DNA of 64,000 nt from Eledone cirrhosa (GCA_964016885.1 OZ024743.1:52886001-52950000), one strand, 5' to 3'. Shown: positions 40,687 to 54,910, counted from the first letter of the stretch. Program-made: numbers and translations. Notes: generated by a model from the letters alone, not told the origin.

Positions 40687-40830
40687 GGCGCATGGCTTAG
40701 TGGTTAAAGCATTGGGCTTACAATCGAAAGGTTGTGAGTTCAATTCGCGGACCGGATGATGTGTTGTTTCCTTGAGCAAGACACTTTATTTCACGTTGCT
40801 CCAGTTTACTCAGCTGTAGAAATGAGCACC
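40687..40830 (+). mobile_element. tRNA-derived SINE family 2 (also about 18410-18520 -, 26720-26820 + and 63215-63350 -)
   Basis: ggcgcatggcttagtggtt (A box)...gagttcaattc (B box)...gtgttgtttccttgagcaagacactttatttcac. Confidence 0.8.
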
Positions 40831-40936
40831 GTCCTGCCCGCCCAGCCAGTAGGATGGCTTTATCTTATGGCTAAAACAGCACGACGTGCTGTGACCAGCG
40901 GCGCCGAATGGTGCGCGACAGACTGGTTGGTCAAGA

Positions 40937-40992
<56 letters not shown>

Positions 40993-40998
40993 GTGTGT

Positions 40999-41195
40999 CA
41001 GACCTGCCAACCTCTGAAAACCCAAATGGGGAGTACCATGAAAAAAAGTGCCCCAAAACGGGGAAAAATGAGACAAAATGGGGGAGATGTTTACATAATG
41101 AAAGCTATACCCATTTTCACAAGAGAAGACATCTCTCACCTACCCCAAAGTGGGTGGGAGATAACCCCGACGGACGGGGAGAATTGACAGGTCTG
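40999..41195. mobile_element. MITE with about 12-bp TIRs and an apparent 6-bp TSD
   Basis: cagacctgccaa...ttgacaggtctg flanked by gtgtgt on both sides. Confidence 0.7.
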
Positions 41196-41419
41196 GTGTG
41201 TAAATGTTTGTTTGTGTTTATATCCCTTAACTTAGCGGTTCAACAAAAACAGAGATCGATAAAATATATCTGACTTGAAAAAACAAAACAAAACACAATA
41301 GTGCTGGGGTCGATATGAGTGACTAAATCAAAGGAGTGCTCCAGCATGGTCGCAGTCTAATGACTGAAAACAGTAAAGAAACAAAAGTCCACTTTTACCC
41401 ACAAACAACAAAACCTTAC

Positions 41420-41602
41420 CGTAGATGGTGTGACATGTTGCTCCGTCATAGAACTTTCTCTGTCTCCTAGTAATTTCTCTCCCAATACTGGTCCCTGGTT
41501 CAATTCTAACGAAATCTCACTTCCATGACCAATGGTCAAACTAGTGACCAGTAGCCAACTGTTAACAGTCAGCAATGTAGCAACACCAATGGTCAAATCC
41601 AT
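41420..41602 (-). CDS. Probable first coding exon of the MMP gene (signal peptide)
   Basis: ATG at 41602, then MDLTIGVATLLTVNSWLLVTSLTIGHG (hydrophobic signal-like); 61 codons ending at a strong donor ACG|gtaagg. Unique, non-repetitive sequence on the same strand as the other exons. Confidence 0.7.
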
Positions 41603-41799
41603 TGTTGTTGTTGTTGTCGTTGTTAGTGTTGTTGTTTAACCCCGAGTCCTGTTTCAACACACCTCTCACCATTGACGTTCAAGCCATCACCATACTTCCT
41701 TGTTGTGTTGGGGATCTGATTTAAGGATGTTTAACTATTAATTCTGGCAGAACAAGTCACTACTTGTCTCCTTGGCTCCTGTTGCTTCTTCTTCTTACT

Positions 41800-41835
<36 letters not shown>

Positions 41836-42186
41836 GCTAGTGCTGACAGTGTTGTTTGTGATGCTGTTGTCACTATTACTGCTAGTGTTGTTGTTGGTGA
41901 TGCTGTTGTTGTTGTTGTGGTTGTCGGTGGTGGTGGTGGTGGTGGTGTTGATGGTGGTTGTGGTGTTGGTGGTGGTGGTGTTGCTGGTGGTGGTGTTGGT
42001 GGTGGTGGTGTTGCTGGTGGTGGTATTGGTGGTGGTGGTGTTGCTGGTGGTGGTGTTGTTGGTGATGGTGGTGGTGGTGTTGTTGGTGGTGGTATTGGTG
42101 CTGGTGCTGGCGGCGGCGGTGGTGGTGTTGGGTGTTGGTGGTGGTGGTGTTGTTGGTGGTGGTATTGGTGGTGGTGCTGGTGGTGG

Positions 42187-42217
<31 letters not shown>

Positions 42218-42458
42218 GGTGTTGGCGGTGGTATTGGTGCTGGTGTTGGTGGTGTTGGTGGTGTTGGTGGTGGTGGTGTTGGTGGTGGTGGTGGTGGTGG
42301 TGTTGGTGGTGGTGGTGTTGGTGGTGGTGGTGGTGGTGGTGTTGGTGGTGGTGGTGTTGGTGGTGGTGGTGGTGGTGGCGTTGGTGGTGTTGTTGTTGTT
42401 GTTGGTGGTGGTGGTGTTGGTGGTGGTGTTGGTGGTGGTGGTGGTGGTGGTGGTGTTG

Positions 42459-42490
<32 letters not shown>

Positions 42491-42586
42491 GGTAGTGGTG
42501 GTGTTGGTGTTGGTGGTGGTGGTGTTGGTGATGGTGTTGGTGGTGGTGTGCTGGTGGTGGTATTGGTGGTGGTGGTGTTGTTGTTG

Positions 42587-42618
<32 letters not shown>

Positions 42619-42677
42619 GGTGGTGTTGGTGGTGGTGTTGGTGGTGGTGTTGGTGGTGGTGGTGTTGGTGGTGGTGG

Positions 42678-42708
<31 letters not shown>

Positions 42709-42728
42709 GGTGGTGGTGGTGGTGTTGG

Positions 42729-42759
<31 letters not shown>

Positions 42760-44545
42760 GGTGGTGTTGTTGGTGTGGTTGGTGGTGTTGGTGGTGGCGT
42801 TGGTGGTGTTGGTGGTAGTGTTGTTGTTGGTGGTATTGGTAGTGTTGGTGGTGGTGTTGGTGGTGGTGGTGGTGGTGCTGTTGTTGCTGGTGGTGGTGTT
42901 GTTGGTGGTGGTGTTGGTAGTGGTGGTGATGGTGGTGGTGGTGGTGTTGGTGGTGGTGGTGTTGTTGGTAGTGTTTTTGGTGGTGGTGGTGTTGGTGGTG
43001 GTGGTGTTGGTGGTGGTGGTGTTGTTGGTAGTGTTGTTGGTGGTGGTGGTGTTGTTGGTAGTGTTGTTGGTGGTGGTGGTGTTGTTGGTGGTGGTGTTGG
43101 TGGTGGTGGTGTTGTTGGTGGTGGTGTTGGTGGTGGTGGTGTTGTTGGTGGTGGTGTTGGTGGAGGTGGTTTTGTTGGTGGTGGTGTTGGTAGTGTTGTT
43201 GGTGGTGGTAGTGTTGTTGGTGGTAGTGTTGTTGGTGGTGGTGTTGTTGGTAGTGTTGTTGGTGGTGGTGGTGTTGTTGGTGGTGGTGTTGGTGGTGGTG
43301 GTGTTGTTGGTGGTGGTGTTGGTGGTGGTGGTGTTGTTGGTGGTGGTGTTGGTGGAGGTGGTTTTGTTGGTGGTGGTGTTGGTAGTGTTGTTGGTGGTGG
43401 TAGTGTTGTTGGTGGTAGTGTTGTTGGTGGTGGTGTTGTTGGTAGTGTTTTTGGTGGTGGTGGTGTTGGTGGTGGTGGTGTTGGTGGTGGTGTTGGTGGT
43501 GGTGGTGTTGTTGGTGGTGGTGTTGGTGGTGTTGTTGGTGGTGGTGTTGGTGGAGGTGGTTTTGTTGGTGGTGGTGTTGGTAGTGTTGTTGGTGGTGGTA
43601 GTGTTGTTGGTGGTGGTGTTGTTGGTAGTGTTTTTGGTGGTGGTGGTGTTGGTGGTGGTGGTGTTGTTGGTAGTGTTTTTGGTGGTGGTGGTGTTGGTGG
43701 TGGTGGTGTTGGTGGTGGTGGTGTTGTTGGTAGTGTTTTTGGTGGTGGTGGTGTTGGTGGTGTTGGTGGTGGTGGTGTTGGTGGTGGTGGTGGTGGTGGT
43801 GGTGGTGGTGTTGGTGGTGTTGTTGGTGGTGGTGGTGTTGTTGGTGGTGGTGTTGGTGGTGGTGGTGTTGGTGGTGGTGTTGGTGGTGGTGTTGGTGGTG
43901 GTGGTGTTGTTGGTGGTGGTGTTGGTGGTGGTGGTGTTGTTGGTGGTGGTGTTGGTGGTGGTGGTGTTGTTGGTGGTGGTGTTGGTGGTGGTGGTGTTGG
44001 TGGTGGTGTTGGTGGTGGTGTTGGTGGTGGTGGTGTTGTTGGTGGTGGTGTTGGTGGTGGTGGTGTTGTTGGTGGTGGTGTTGGTGGAGGTGGTTTTGTT
44101 GGTGGTGGTGTTGGTAGTGTTGTTGGTGGTGGTGTTGGTGGTGGTGGTTTTGTTGGTGGTGGTGTTGGTGGTGGTGGTTTTGTTGGTGGTGGTGTTGGTA
44201 GTGTTGTTGGTGGTGGTCGTGTTGTTGGTGGTGGTGTTGGTGGTGGTGTTGGTGGTGGTGGTGTTGTTGGTAGTGTTGTTGGTGGTGGTGGTGGTGGTGG
44301 TGTTGTTGGTGGTGGTGTTGGTGGAGGTGGTTTTGTTGGTGGTGGTGTTGGTAGTGTTGTTGGTGGTGGTGGTGTTGTTGGTGGTGGTGTTGGTGGTGGT
44401 GGTTTTGTTGGTGGTGGTGTTGGTGGTGGTGGTGGTAGTGTTGTCGGTGGTGGTGTTGTTGGTGGTGGTGTTGGTGGTGGTGGTGGTAGTGTTGTCGGTG
44501 GTGGTGTTGTTGGTGGTGGTAGTGTTGTTGGTGGTGGTGTTGTAA
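41800..44545. repeat. 2.7-kb (GGT/GTT)n compound trinucleotide tract
   Basis: Low-complexity sequence with internal higher-order duplications. Confidence 0.95.
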
Positions 44546-44599
44546 AAATAGTTCTTATTGCTGTAAATGTTCACATAAACAGGGATCCCCCCCCCACTG

Positions 44600-44793
44600 C
44601 ATGTATGTCTCTATGTATGTATGTATGTGTGCGTGCATGTATGTATATGTATGTGTGTCTACATATGTGTGTATGTGTGTCTATATAAGTGTGTATGTGT
44701 GTGTGTGTGTGTGCGTGTGTATGTATGTGTGTGTGTGTATATATATATATACATATATATATATACACATATTTATATATATATATATGTATG

Positions 44794-44847
<54 letters not shown>

Positions 44848-44869
44848 CACATATATATATATGTATATA

Positions 44870-44938
<69 letters not shown>

Positions 44939-44939
44939 T

Positions 44940-44974
<35 letters not shown>

Positions 44975-45063
44975 GAATTCCGCCGGAAAGGTCCAGGAAA
45001 AAAGAGTGCTCTATGTAGGTTACAGAGCTTAATAGTTATATATATATATATACATATATATAC

Positions 45064-45095
<32 letters not shown>

Positions 45096-45144
45096 GTATA
45101 CATATACATATATATATGTATGTATATATATATACATATATATA

Positions 45145-45197
<53 letters not shown>

Positions 45198-45198
45198 A

Positions 45199-45290
<92 letters not shown>

Positions 45291-45460
45291 TGTATATATA
45301 TATACATATATGTATATATATATTACAAAGCCGCGTATAGAGACATGTATATTGTCTGTACTTTAGGTGGTCGCTTTGAGATGGTGGTGGTTGTCACGGT
45401 GACATGGTCGTGGTGGTGATGGTAGTGGTAGTGGTAGTAGTAGTGGTGGTGATGATAGTG

Positions 45461-45547
<87 letters not shown>

Positions 45548-45550
45548 ATT

Positions 45551-45637
<87 letters not shown>

Positions 45638-45645
45638 ATGGTAGT
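44600..45645. repeat. (TA)n/(TG)n and (GTA)n microsatellite block
   Basis: Direct reading. Confidence 0.95.
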
Positions 45646-46489
45646 AGTGAACTTCAGAGAGGTATGTTGGTCATGTTTAGCCCTAGGTCAACCATGATTG
45701 AACAGAACTGTGATCAAAAGCATTCCAGCTGTCATTACTGCGTCTTATGTACAAGATACACAACACCTCATTATTTCTTAAGATTTGGCTGTTATTTCTA
45801 GCATGTAAAACTACCATATAGCCTTCCCGTGACAGTGGTGCTGGTGATTATGATATATAGATGTTGAATAAGTGGCGTTGACAGGGAGGGGGGTGGTTGT
45901 GTTTCTGTAGTGGGTAGATAGGGGGATAGGGGGGATAGGGCGTATGTGTGGATAGGGGTGGGTAGCATGGATAGGGGGTGGATAGGGATTGACAGGGATG
46001 GTGGTGGTAGTGTTTCTGTAGTGGGTAGATAGGGGTGGATAGGGGTGGATAGGGGTAGATAGGGGTGGATAGGTGGTGGATAGGTGGATAGGGGTAGATA
46101 GAGGTGATAGGGGTGGACAAGAGGTGGGTAGGTGTGAATAAGAATGGATGGGGATAGATACGGGTGGAAATACACAGGACAACCAACCATGATTTTTGGC
46201 TTTCATTAATGAGATCCGGGTATGTTTCATGTGGGTATAAGTGTGAGGTGACTAGTATACATATGTATGTATGTATATATGTTATCTCTTTCTCTTAATT
46301 TCGAGTATATTTTTTTGACCGGGCACCTTCCTGGTGGCAAGGTTGTAAAAGAAAAGAAATTGTCATCCCTTGAATCGCAAGAATGTTTTGCAAATGTTGA
46401 AGGTGCCAGCTATCGCAGCCATTTGAAGACTATGAATTAGGGAGCTGCGCTCTTTGTATGTATGTATGTATGTATGTATGTATGTATGT

Positions 46490-47065
46490 ATCCAATGATG
46501 TTGACTTGTTCTTCTTTTTGGTAAATATCATCTTGGTTAAGAGAGTGGGACTGGCTTTGTGCAGTGCCTTTGCTCACTATAAAAGCTTCACAGCACAGGC
46601 ATTGCTTTATATCTGGAGATCTCTCTGCACTTGTCATCACATGGTACCATGGGCCCTGCACTATGTGTCAATAATGGTCACAAGTGTAGTCTTTGTACCA
46701 GAGTTTTCAAGTCGCTGGCTGGACTAAAAAGTCACATTCGTTCAGCGCATCGGTAGGGGTTCTCCTACATGGATATAAAGTAGTGGCCGTACTCGAAAAC
46801 GAGTTGGCAGCCACCATGTATGTATGTATAGTGCCTTTGCTCACTATAAAAGCTTCACGGCACAGGTATTGCTTTATATCTGGAGATCTCTCTGCACTTG
46901 TCGTCACATGGTACCATGGGCCCAGCACTATGTGTCAATAATTGTCACAAGTGTAGTGTTTGTACCAGAGTTTTCAAGTCGCTGGCTGGACTAGAAAGTC
47001 ACACTCGTTTAGCGCATCGGTATAAAGTAGTGGCCGTACTCGAAAACGAGTTGGCAGCCACCATG
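46490..47065 (+). mobile_element. Non-autonomous RTE derivative (partial tandem dimer)
   Basis: Matches 53287-53615; ends in gttggcagccacc followed by (atgt)n. Confidence 0.8.
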
Positions 47066-48367
47066 TATGTGTGTATGTTCTTCTGGTTTTATAATTTCAC
47101 AAATTTTTACCAATAGAGGGAGAGTCAGTTTCTAACATAGACACAAGACTCTCTCATTGGAATTTACACAACATCAACTAGCTAGATTGTGTATGCATAC
47201 ATGTGTAGATATGGATGTTATTGTATGTGTGGATGTGTATGTTTTGAGTTGTATGTGTGCATGTGTTACGTTTCAAGTAAAGGCGGTCTATGTCACTGCT
47301 GATGTGGAAGTTTCCGGTGTTGTTTAGTATTTTTCGAGTTCCAACATCAACTGCTCGGATTTCGTCTATGTATGTGTGTGTGTATGTATGTATGTATGTA
47401 TGTATGTATGTATGTATGTATGTATGTATGTATGTATGTATGTACGTATGTGTGTGCGTATGTATCTATGTGTGTATGTATGTGTGTGCGTATGTATGTA
47501 TGTTCTGGTTATATAATTTCACAAATGTTTACCAATAGAGAGAGAGAGTCGGTTTCTAACATAGACACAAGACTCTCTCATTGGAATTTACACATCAACT
47601 AGGTAGATTATGTCTGCATGAATGTGTAGATATGGATGTTATTCTATGTGTGTGTTTTGAGTTGTATGTGTGCATGTGTATATGCTTTGTATCTGTACAT
47701 GTGTATATGCAGTTATTAGATGCAAAATGTTTGGAATATTTTACATATTTTTACTGTTCCTTTAATGGATTGTACTTGTAATTTCCTAACTAGTTGTGTT
47801 CTTTCTGTTCATGTGAAGCCTATGTATGTATATATGTGTGTATGTATGTGTGTATGTATGTATATATGTGTGTATGTATGTGTGTATGTATATATGTGTG
47901 TATGTATGTATGAACTGAAATGAACATTTACAACAACAACAGCGGCATCAAAAGATTAAAAAAAAAAAAAAAAAAAAATCAAAATAACAAAACACACACA
48001 CACACGCACACAACACAACAACAACATCAACTGCCACCACCACCACCACGACCGCCACCACCGCCGCCATCACCATCACCAGCGACCGGGCCTTAAGAAA
48101 ACAACTTTAATAATAATTTTTCTGCTTTTGGCACGGATCCAGCGACTGGCCCAGCGCATCACTGGTACTCTCTTTTGTTGACTCCGTGGGGATGAAAGGC
48201 AAGGTTGAGCTCGGCGGGATTTGAGCTCAGAGCGTGGAGAGCCATAACTCTATGCTGTAAAGCAATTATAATAATACTTGACTGTAATACGATCGGCTTC
48301 AACTATACAAACTCTTGAAAGTCAACAGTTGACATAATCTTGTAATCTTGTATCAGTAATGACGGTA

Positions 48368-48424
<57 letters not shown>

Positions 48425-48589
48425 CGTGTAAGTGAGTAGCGTGTGTGTTTTTGTTTGTATGTATGAGTGTTGCTGTGTGCGCGCGTATGTATGCGTGTGT
48501 GTGCGCGCATATGTATGCGCGTGTGTGTATGTCGTACGTATAAGTGTCAATAAGTGAGTTTTTTTTTTTTTTTATGCGCGGGGACATAG

Positions 48590-48880
48590 AAATAATCGGG
48601 CTGGATGCCCGACCCCGCAGTTAAACCACTGGGAGTGAAGAACCCCTAGCCCTTGTCAGGGCATTCTTCTAGGAGAAGGCATCTCAGGAAACTGGGTTAA
48701 CTCCGACATAAAACCTGCGGCTCAGTAGTTACCGATGATGTTGATCTTTTCTTCTTTTCGGGTTATAGCTACTGTCGCTCAGAGAGTGGGATTGGCTCAG
48801 TGCACAGTCTTTCCTCACTTTAAAAATATTCGTTACGCACAGGTATTGCACGAGTGCATTAATAATTATTAATAGTTTAC

Positions 48881-48916
<36 letters not shown>

Positions 48917-51900
48917 TATTATTAATTTTTTTTTTTTTTTTTTTTTTTACCAATTCAATGATGTTCCAGAACAATATAAAAGAGATAATTGGCAATTTAG
49001 GTTCTGGAACAAAAAAGATAATTGGCAATAAGGGCAGGGGCCCCAGGTTATCACAGCCTGGGCCCGCTCGTCATCGTGCCATTGTAATAGAGCCAAACAA
49101 GGCATTTAGTCTTGGCTGCTGGAACGTACGGGCGCTGCTTGACAGGGATTCCTTGGAGCGTCCTGAACGAAGGACCGCTCTTGTTGCAAAGGAGCTTCGA
49201 CGTTACGATCTTGACATCGTGGCTTTATCTGAGACGAGGTTAGCTGGAGATGGTCATCTTACAGAATTTTGTGGAGAATATACATTCTTCTGGAAAAGAA
49301 GAGATGAAGGAACCAGAAGAGAGGCTGGGGTAGGATTTGCTGTTAAGACTGTACTTGTGAATACATTAGAAGAATTCCCAGTAGGGATTAGTGAGCGTCT
49401 TATGTCCATGAGAGTTCCGCTGGACAAGGGAAGATATGCTACCCTGGTGAGTGTGTATGCTCCAACTATGAATTCTATCGATGAAGAAAAAGTGTCCTTT
49501 TACCATGCATTGAAAGGTGTTTTAAGAAATATCCCTCATGCAGACAAAGTCATCGTTCTTGGTGACTTTAATGCTAGAGTGGGTAGGGATTTTAACACAT
49601 GGAATGTAATCGGAAGGCATGGGGTGGGAAAGTGTAACAACAATGGTATGCTCCTGCTGCAGATGTGTGAGGAGCTGGATCTGTGTGTTACCAACACCAT
49701 GTTCCAACAAAAGAACAAATTCAAGACCACATGGATGCATCCTGCATCTAAGGAATGGCATCTTTTGGACTACGTCCTAGTCAAGGATGCGTGACAGACA
49801 GGATGTGCAGTGTGTTCGTGTTCTTCGTGGAGCTGAGTGCTGGACGGACCACCGCCTGGTACGCGCAAAAGTGAAACTAATCATTAAACGTAAAATCCGG
49901 GCTCCTGGTGTTGCCCTGCCCAAAAGATTGAATGCTGCTCGTCTTAAGGATAAAAATGTGAAGAGGACATTGGAAGAAGAGATGCAGGCTGCAGATCTTG
50001 GTGAGGATTGGCCGACCCTTAAAAAGTCGGTTTATGATGTAGGCAGGCGTGTTCTGGGATTGGCGCAGAGGAAACATCAGGACTGGTTTAATGAGAATGA
50101 TGTACATATAGAAGACTTGTTGGCTGATAAGAGGCGTGCTCTGTCACGCTACTCGACGGCAAAACCACAGGAGAGGAATACGTTGCATGAGGAACTCAGG
50201 GATGTAAAATCACGTGTTAGGCGGAGTCTTTCTCAGATGAAGGATCAGTGGTGGAGTGAGAAGCCTGGTGAGATACAAGCTGCGTCTGATTCCAATAACA
50301 CAAAGCTGTTGTACAGTCTCTTGCGTGAGGTTTATGGACCGACTTCTTCTCTGGTGACACCGCTTCGCAGCAAGGATGGCAAAGAACTTCTTCGTGACTC
50401 ACAAGGAATTCTACGAAGGTGGCGAGAGCACTTTGATGATCTTCTGAATCAGCCGTCTGTCGTCAGTGAAGATTTCCTCAATCTCATTCCAGAAATTCCT
50501 GTGAAAGTAGCTCTCGCAGAACCTCCGACGCTTGTGGAGGTTGCAGTGGCTATTTCGAAGCTGAACAGTGGAAGATCTCCAGGTATGGATGGCATACATG
50601 CTGAGCTCCTACAATTTGGTGGTGAGAGACTCCTGCAACATCTTCACTCTTTGTTTGGCAGGATATGGGCTAATGAATCCGTACCTGAGGACTGGAGAGA
50701 TGCAGTAATGGTGGTCTTGTACAAGGGAAAGGGTAACAGGAACGATTGTGGGAACTACAGGGTATATCATTGCTTTCTGTCGTAGGGAAAGTTTTATGTA
50801 GGGTGCTTCTGGACCGTCTGCTGACACACATTGCAGATTGTGTTCTTCCTGAAAGTCAATCAGGTTTTCGTGCTGGACGCGGCACTACTGATATGATTTT
50901 CTCAGCTAGACAGCTCCAGGAGAAGTGCATGGAACAAGGCTTGGATCTGTATCAGGTTTTTGTCGATCTGACAAAAGCTTTCGATACTGTTAACAGAGAT
51001 GCATTATGGAAGGTTCTCCAGAAACTTGGTTGCCCTGATAAGTTCCTTGCTTTAGTTAGGTCTTTCCATGACGACATGAAGGCTTGGGTTAATGTCGGAG
51101 GTAGCATGTCGGAGCCTATCTCAGTAAAAAATTGAGTGAAACAGGGGGATATTCCAGCACCGACTCTGTTTGCCATATACTTTGCAATGGTTTTCTGTAT
51201 TGCATTCAGGAATTGCGAGCATGGTGTTTACATCCGATATCGAACCTCAGGCAGCATATTTAACATCAGGCGCTTTGCTGCGAAGACAAAAGTATTTACA
51301 TCAATCATAAGAGACCTCTTGTATGCAGATGATTGCGATCTTGTAGCGCACACAGAGAGTGATATGCAGCACATTTTGAATGCATTTTCTGACGCTTGCA
51401 CTGCCCTAGGATTGACTGTCAGTCTCAAGAAAACCGTCGTCATGTACCAACCTGCCCCTGGTAAGCAGTACACTGAACCAAACATCTATGTGTATGGAGT
51501 GGTTGATCAGTTTGTCTACCTGGGAAGCACTGTCAATCAATACAGCAACCTTGACAGTGAAATCTCACTTAGGATTAGGAAAGCAAGTGATGCTTTCGGA
51601 AAGCTAGAAAGGCGACTCTGGGGTCGGCGAGACATGCAGGAGGACAAAGGTAAAGGTGTACAGGGCATGTGTGCTCTCTTGTCTTCTTTATGCCTGCGAG
51701 ACCTGGGTCACATATCGACACCACCTTAAGCAATTGGAGCGTTTCCATCAGATGTGTCTCAGACGGATCCATGGCGTTCACTGAAGGGACCACATCAGTG
51801 ATGTCGAGATTTTGGAAATCTCTATGTGTGACAGTATAGAAGCTCTTGTACTTAAGCAACGACTCCGTTGGAGTGGTCACCTTGCCAGGATGAAGGATTC

Positions 51901-52597
51901 TAGAATACCAAAACAACTCTTTTATGGATAGTTGGTTAAAGGAAAACGACCGCCACATAAACCAAAAAAGAGGTATAAGGATTCCTTGAAAGCCTCTCTG
52001 AAAGACGCTAACATCTCTGCTGATACATGGGAAAATATTGCTGCTGATCGTAATAAATGGAGAAAGACTGTATATGAGGGAAAAGTTGCCTTTGAGGCAT
52101 CTCGAATCGCATACGAGAAAGTAAAGCGGGATGTGAGGAAGGGCATTGCTGTTGCACTTCCAGACGGCGAGGGTCCTCCTATGGTGCTGACATGCAGCGT
52201 CTGTGCGAGACTCTGCCTAAGCAAAGCAGGACTCGAAAGTCATCTTCGCAGTCATAAAGTAAGACCAGTGGTTGACTACCAGGCTGCTGTTGGAGATGCT
52301 ACTCATCATGCTTGCCAAACATGTGGTAGAGAATGTAAATCAGCAGGAGGGCTCAAGCGACATGCAAAAGTACACGAACTCCAAACACAGCCGACTATTC
52401 CCAGTGAATGTTTTGGTTGCCGACTCTGTGCAAGACATTTTAGATCATTGGCTGGGCTAAAAAGCCACATTCGATCGCAGCGCTGTTAGTTGCTATCGTG
52501 TGTGTGTGTGTGTATAGATATGCTTATGTGTATGCGTGTATGTGTATATATATATATGTATATGTATATTATTATTGTTGTTGTCGTTATTATTATT

Positions 52598-52630
<33 letters not shown>

Positions 52631-52790
52631 GTTATTAATGTATATGTGTGTGTGTGTGTGTATGTATGTATGTGTGTATGTATATATATATATATATATA
52701 TCTTTTTTTTTCTTTTTTATTTATTTATTAATTTTTTTTTTCTCCTCGTGCAATGGCCATACTCGATAACGAGGGGGCAGCCATCACGTA
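48590..52790 (+). mobile_element. Near full-length RTE-clade LINE (APE + RT + C-terminal C2H2 fingers), inactivated by frameshifts and stops
   Basis: APE motifs WNVR, ALSETR, GVGF, VYAPT, LGDFNARVG, LDYV, TDH; RT motifs QSGFRAGRGT, FVDLTKAFD, VKQG, LYADD, YLGS; (ATGT)n tail. Confidence 0.95.
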
Positions 52791-53009
52791 TGTATGTATG
52801 TATGTATGTATGTATGTATGTATGTATGTATGTATGTATGTATGTATGTATGTGTGTATGTATGTATGTATGTATGTATGTGTGTGTGTGTATGTATGTG
52901 TGTATGTATGTATGTGTGTATGTATGTATGTGTGTATGGCTGTATGTATATATGTGTGTATGTATGTGTGTATGTATGTGTGTATGTGTGTATGTATGTA
53001 TGTATGTCA

Positions 53010-53615
53010 GGTCACCAGTTGGTGCTACTGGTAACATGTATCCCAGTACAACCTCTCTCGTGGTCGGGTCGTTGGCGACTAAACTGGCAACCCCACCAAG
53101 GTTTCTTGGTGAGGAGGGTGACTTTGGACATACTGCAGGACTAAAAAAAAAACCTGTCAAAGGGCAAAGGAGCTCTTAAGAGTCAATGGCCATCCAAAAT
53201 CACCGGGAGAGATAACCCCTTAGCCTTTGTCAAGGCAGAATTCTAGGAGAAGGAAAACTCTGATATAACACCTGCAGCCCTGATGGTATCCAATGATGTT
53301 GACTTGCTCTTCTTTTTGGTAAATATCATCTTGGTTAAGAGAGTGGGACTGGCTTTGTGCAGTGCCTTTGCTCACTATAAAAGCTTCACGGCACAGGCAT
53401 TGCTTTATATATGGAGATCTCTCTGCACTTGTCGTCACATGGTACCATGGGCCCAGCACTATGTGTCAATAATTGTCACAAGTGTAGTGTTTGTACCAGA
53501 GTTTTCAAGTCGCTGGCTGGACTAAAAAGTCACACTCGTTCAGCGCATCGGTAAGGGTTCTCCTACATGGATATAAAGTAATGGCCGTACTCGAAAACGA
53601 GTTGGCAGCCACCAT
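53010..53615 (+). mobile_element. Non-autonomous bipartite RTE derivative (5' UTR plus 3' end)
   Basis: The 5' part resembles 48650-48850; the 3' part encodes CSVCTRVFKSLAGLKSH like 52415-52480 and ends like 52752-52790. Confidence 0.8.
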
Positions 53616-53762
53616 GTATGTATGTATGTGTGTATGTGTGTATGTATGTATGTATGTGTGTATATATATATGTTTAAAAACAGACGTATATACATACATA
53701 CATACATACATACATACATACATACATACATACATACATACATACATACATACATACATACA

Positions 53763-54019
53763 TTAGCTTCATACCCGTCATTATTGTAGCTACGGGTTAT
53801 ATACCAACCCGTTTGGACCAAAGTAAGACTGAACTTGGATTTGCGGACAAAAAGCGCAGCTCCCTAATTCATAGTCTACAAATGGCTGTGATAGCTTGCA
53901 ACTTCAAAATTTGCAAAACATTCTTGCGATTCAAGGGATGACAATTTCTTTTCTTTTACAACTTTGCCACCAGGAAGGTGGCCGGTCAAAAAAATATACT
54001 CGAAATTAAGAGAAAGAGA
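53763..54019 (-). mobile_element. Non-autonomous Helitron-like element (3'-truncated copy at 46285-46455, + strand)
   Basis: A|TC 5' end, subterminal hairpin acccgt...acgggt, 3' CTAA|T, no TSD. Confidence 0.65.
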
Positions 54020-54326
54020 TAACATACATATATATATATATATATATATGTATATGTATGTGTGTATGTATATACATATATATATATATATATATAGTAA
54101 TAATAATAAATGCGAAGACTAAAATCCAAAGATGGCTCGATAAGGATAAATATATATCAAATATATAAGAACCCTAATTTCCCCTAATTACTACATACAC
54201 ATATATTTGTGTTTATATAATGTATAGCTAAACTTGTGCAATGTTTTTACATGTTATTTTTTTACAATAAATTCATATCTGTTTCATCATCATCATCATC
54301 ATCATCCTCATAATCATCATCACCAC

Positions 54327-54374
<48 letters not shown>

Positions 54375-54910
54375 AATCATAATCATCATAATCATCATCA
54401 CCGTTTTACGTCCATTCTTCCCGTTAGCATGGGTTGTACGGGTTGTCCTGTTGTGGGCAATGCCAGATCAGGTGGCCACGTCTTGCTCCTACTGAACTGA
54501 TTTTGGCTTGATTTCTACAGCTGGATGCCCTTCCTAACACTAACCTCATTTACAGTGAGTGCTGGGTGCTTTTTTGTCGTGACACTTTAATGACTACTTT
54601 CCAGTGTGGACTGGGCACTTTTTGTTGTGACACCTACACGACCACTTTATAGTGGGAGTGGGGTGGGGGCATACTGTCTATACGCTTCAGCTTTGGTTTG
54701 TACCCGTGGGAAGTTGGATTTACTGTATTACTGAGTCACGCCATAGGTCTTAATCCTGTGTCATCCCCTTTGAAAGGTTCAATTGGACAATATCTCTTTT
54801 ATCACCTCAGATTTAGTGACTGTGTCTATAAATATACACATTGAGTATGTAGACATGTAAAAATTGTTCGTCAATTTTTCAATCTACAAGGAAATACATA
54901 TCCATATACT

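Noticed and set aside
41731-44688. 947-aa Thr/Asn/Pro ORF and its antisense Val/Gly ORFs
   Set aside because: A trinucleotide tract lacking stops in several frames, with no signal peptide or domain. It lies upstream of the likely start codon. Coding cannot be strictly excluded.
44571-45697. YI, CV and poly-V ORFs here and throughout the window
   Set aside because: Translations of microsatellites.
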